Origin: a virus
Taxonomy: Duplodnaviria; Caudoviricetes
Reading direction: 5' to 3' (one strand)
Virus record (IMG/VR): IMGVR_UViG_3300005058_000167
Location: 1-36,398 of that record
Length of the DNA stretch: 36,398 nt
The notes beneath the pieces were generated by a model. The model was given only the letters and a program-made list of their open reading frames with translations. It was not told the DNA's origin and made no database searches. The translations under genes were made by a program, and so were the position numbers. This document shows, in pieces, positions 35,854 to 36,398 of this stretch. Position 1 is the stretch's first letter, and each line of letters starts with the position of its first letter.

Positions 35854-36398
35854 TCAGCTACGCCATTCGCCTGGTGGCCTATGTTCCATTCCTGGTCATC
35901 GCGTTCGCCTTAGCACCTGCTCTAGCAGGATTTGCCAAGCCGCAGGCAGGAAAAGTATTCAATGGCAAAGCCTGGGCAGTAGAGCCGCGATTGCCGACCT
36001 GGCTTTCCTGGTTCATGACGCCGGACAATTCGCTGTGGGGCGATGCCGGATGGCGTACAGAGCATTGCCCGGACTTCAAAAGCTATTGGGGGATGGTCAA
36101 GTGGCTATGGCGAAATCCGGCATACGGCTTTGCTTGGGGGCCACTGGCCTTCACGCCAAGCACGGCCTGTACATATGTCACGACCGGCGATACCAGCATT
36201 CGAGCTCGGGACAATGCGAAGGCAGGCACCTATGCCATCAAGGCTAGCGATGGCGCCTTCGAGCGTACGGTGATCTGGCAGATAGCTCGGCTACCTGTTT
36301 GCCTGAAGTTGCGCTTCGGCTGGATTCTCGGCAAGGCAAAGCCCGGTGTTCCTTGTCTGTTTCTTTTGTCCATCCGGTTGATGGATTTCCAGCAATAA
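35850..36398 (+). CDS. Conserved phage hypothetical protein
   Basis: LPTWLSWFMTPDNSLWGD, WLWRNPAYGF; ATGA coupling; stop at window end. Confidence 0.7.
   Translation: MISYAIRLVAYVPFLVIAFALAPALAGFAKPQAGKVFNGKAWAVEPRLPTWLSWFMTPDNSLWGDAGWRTEHCPDFKSYWGMVKWLWRNPAYGFAWGPLAFTPSTACTYVTTGDTSIRARDNAKAGTYAIKASDGAFERTVIWQIARLPVCLKLRFGWILGKAKPGVPCLFLLSIRLMDFQQ

Larger units (their letters stand above)
1..36398. mobile_element. Mu-like transposable (pro)phage, contractile tail, near-complete
   Basis: DDE transposase + AAA MuB + Gam + GemA + Mor, Mu-type portal/protease/capsid/sheath/baseplate genes; no clear host genes; termini not identified. Confidence 0.96.

Noticed and set aside
34568..36398. Gin-type invertible fibre cassette or DGR
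   Set aside because: No serine invertase, reverse transcriptase, second inverted fibre gene or TR/VR pair in the window; sequence beyond the right edge is unseen.

Overview
The window is a near-complete, GC-rich Mu-like (transposable) myophage or prophage, probably of a betaproteobacterial host (inference). The left arm reads leftward: holin, SLT endolysin, Rz/Rz1, TerS, TerL, portal, adenine methylase, MuF, gpG. A central immunity region holds an XRE repressor with two accessory genes and a divergent Ner-like gene. A rightward early operon follows (H-NS/DUF3102 fusion, MuA, MuB, Gam, GemA, Mor), then rightward late genes (protease I/Z, capsid T, neck, sheath, tube, chaperones, tape measure, baseplate, fibre). 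Main points of interest: (1) an arm-less lambda-type tyrosine recombinase inside the tail operon, next to an SGNH-esterase cargo that is fused to a short leader and bounded by imperfect inverted repeats (candidate cassette swap/inversion system); (2) an H-NS DNA-binding domain plus AT-hook fused to the pre-transposase protein; (3) four palindrome-N24-(-10) late promoters, each overlapping a hairpin that hides the next gene's RBS or start codon; (4) a gene order equal to a B3/BcepMu-type genome with the left ~18.6 kb inverted, with a degenerate repeat at both junctions. Phage ends are not clearly visible. All family calls come from motif recognition and synteny, not database searches.
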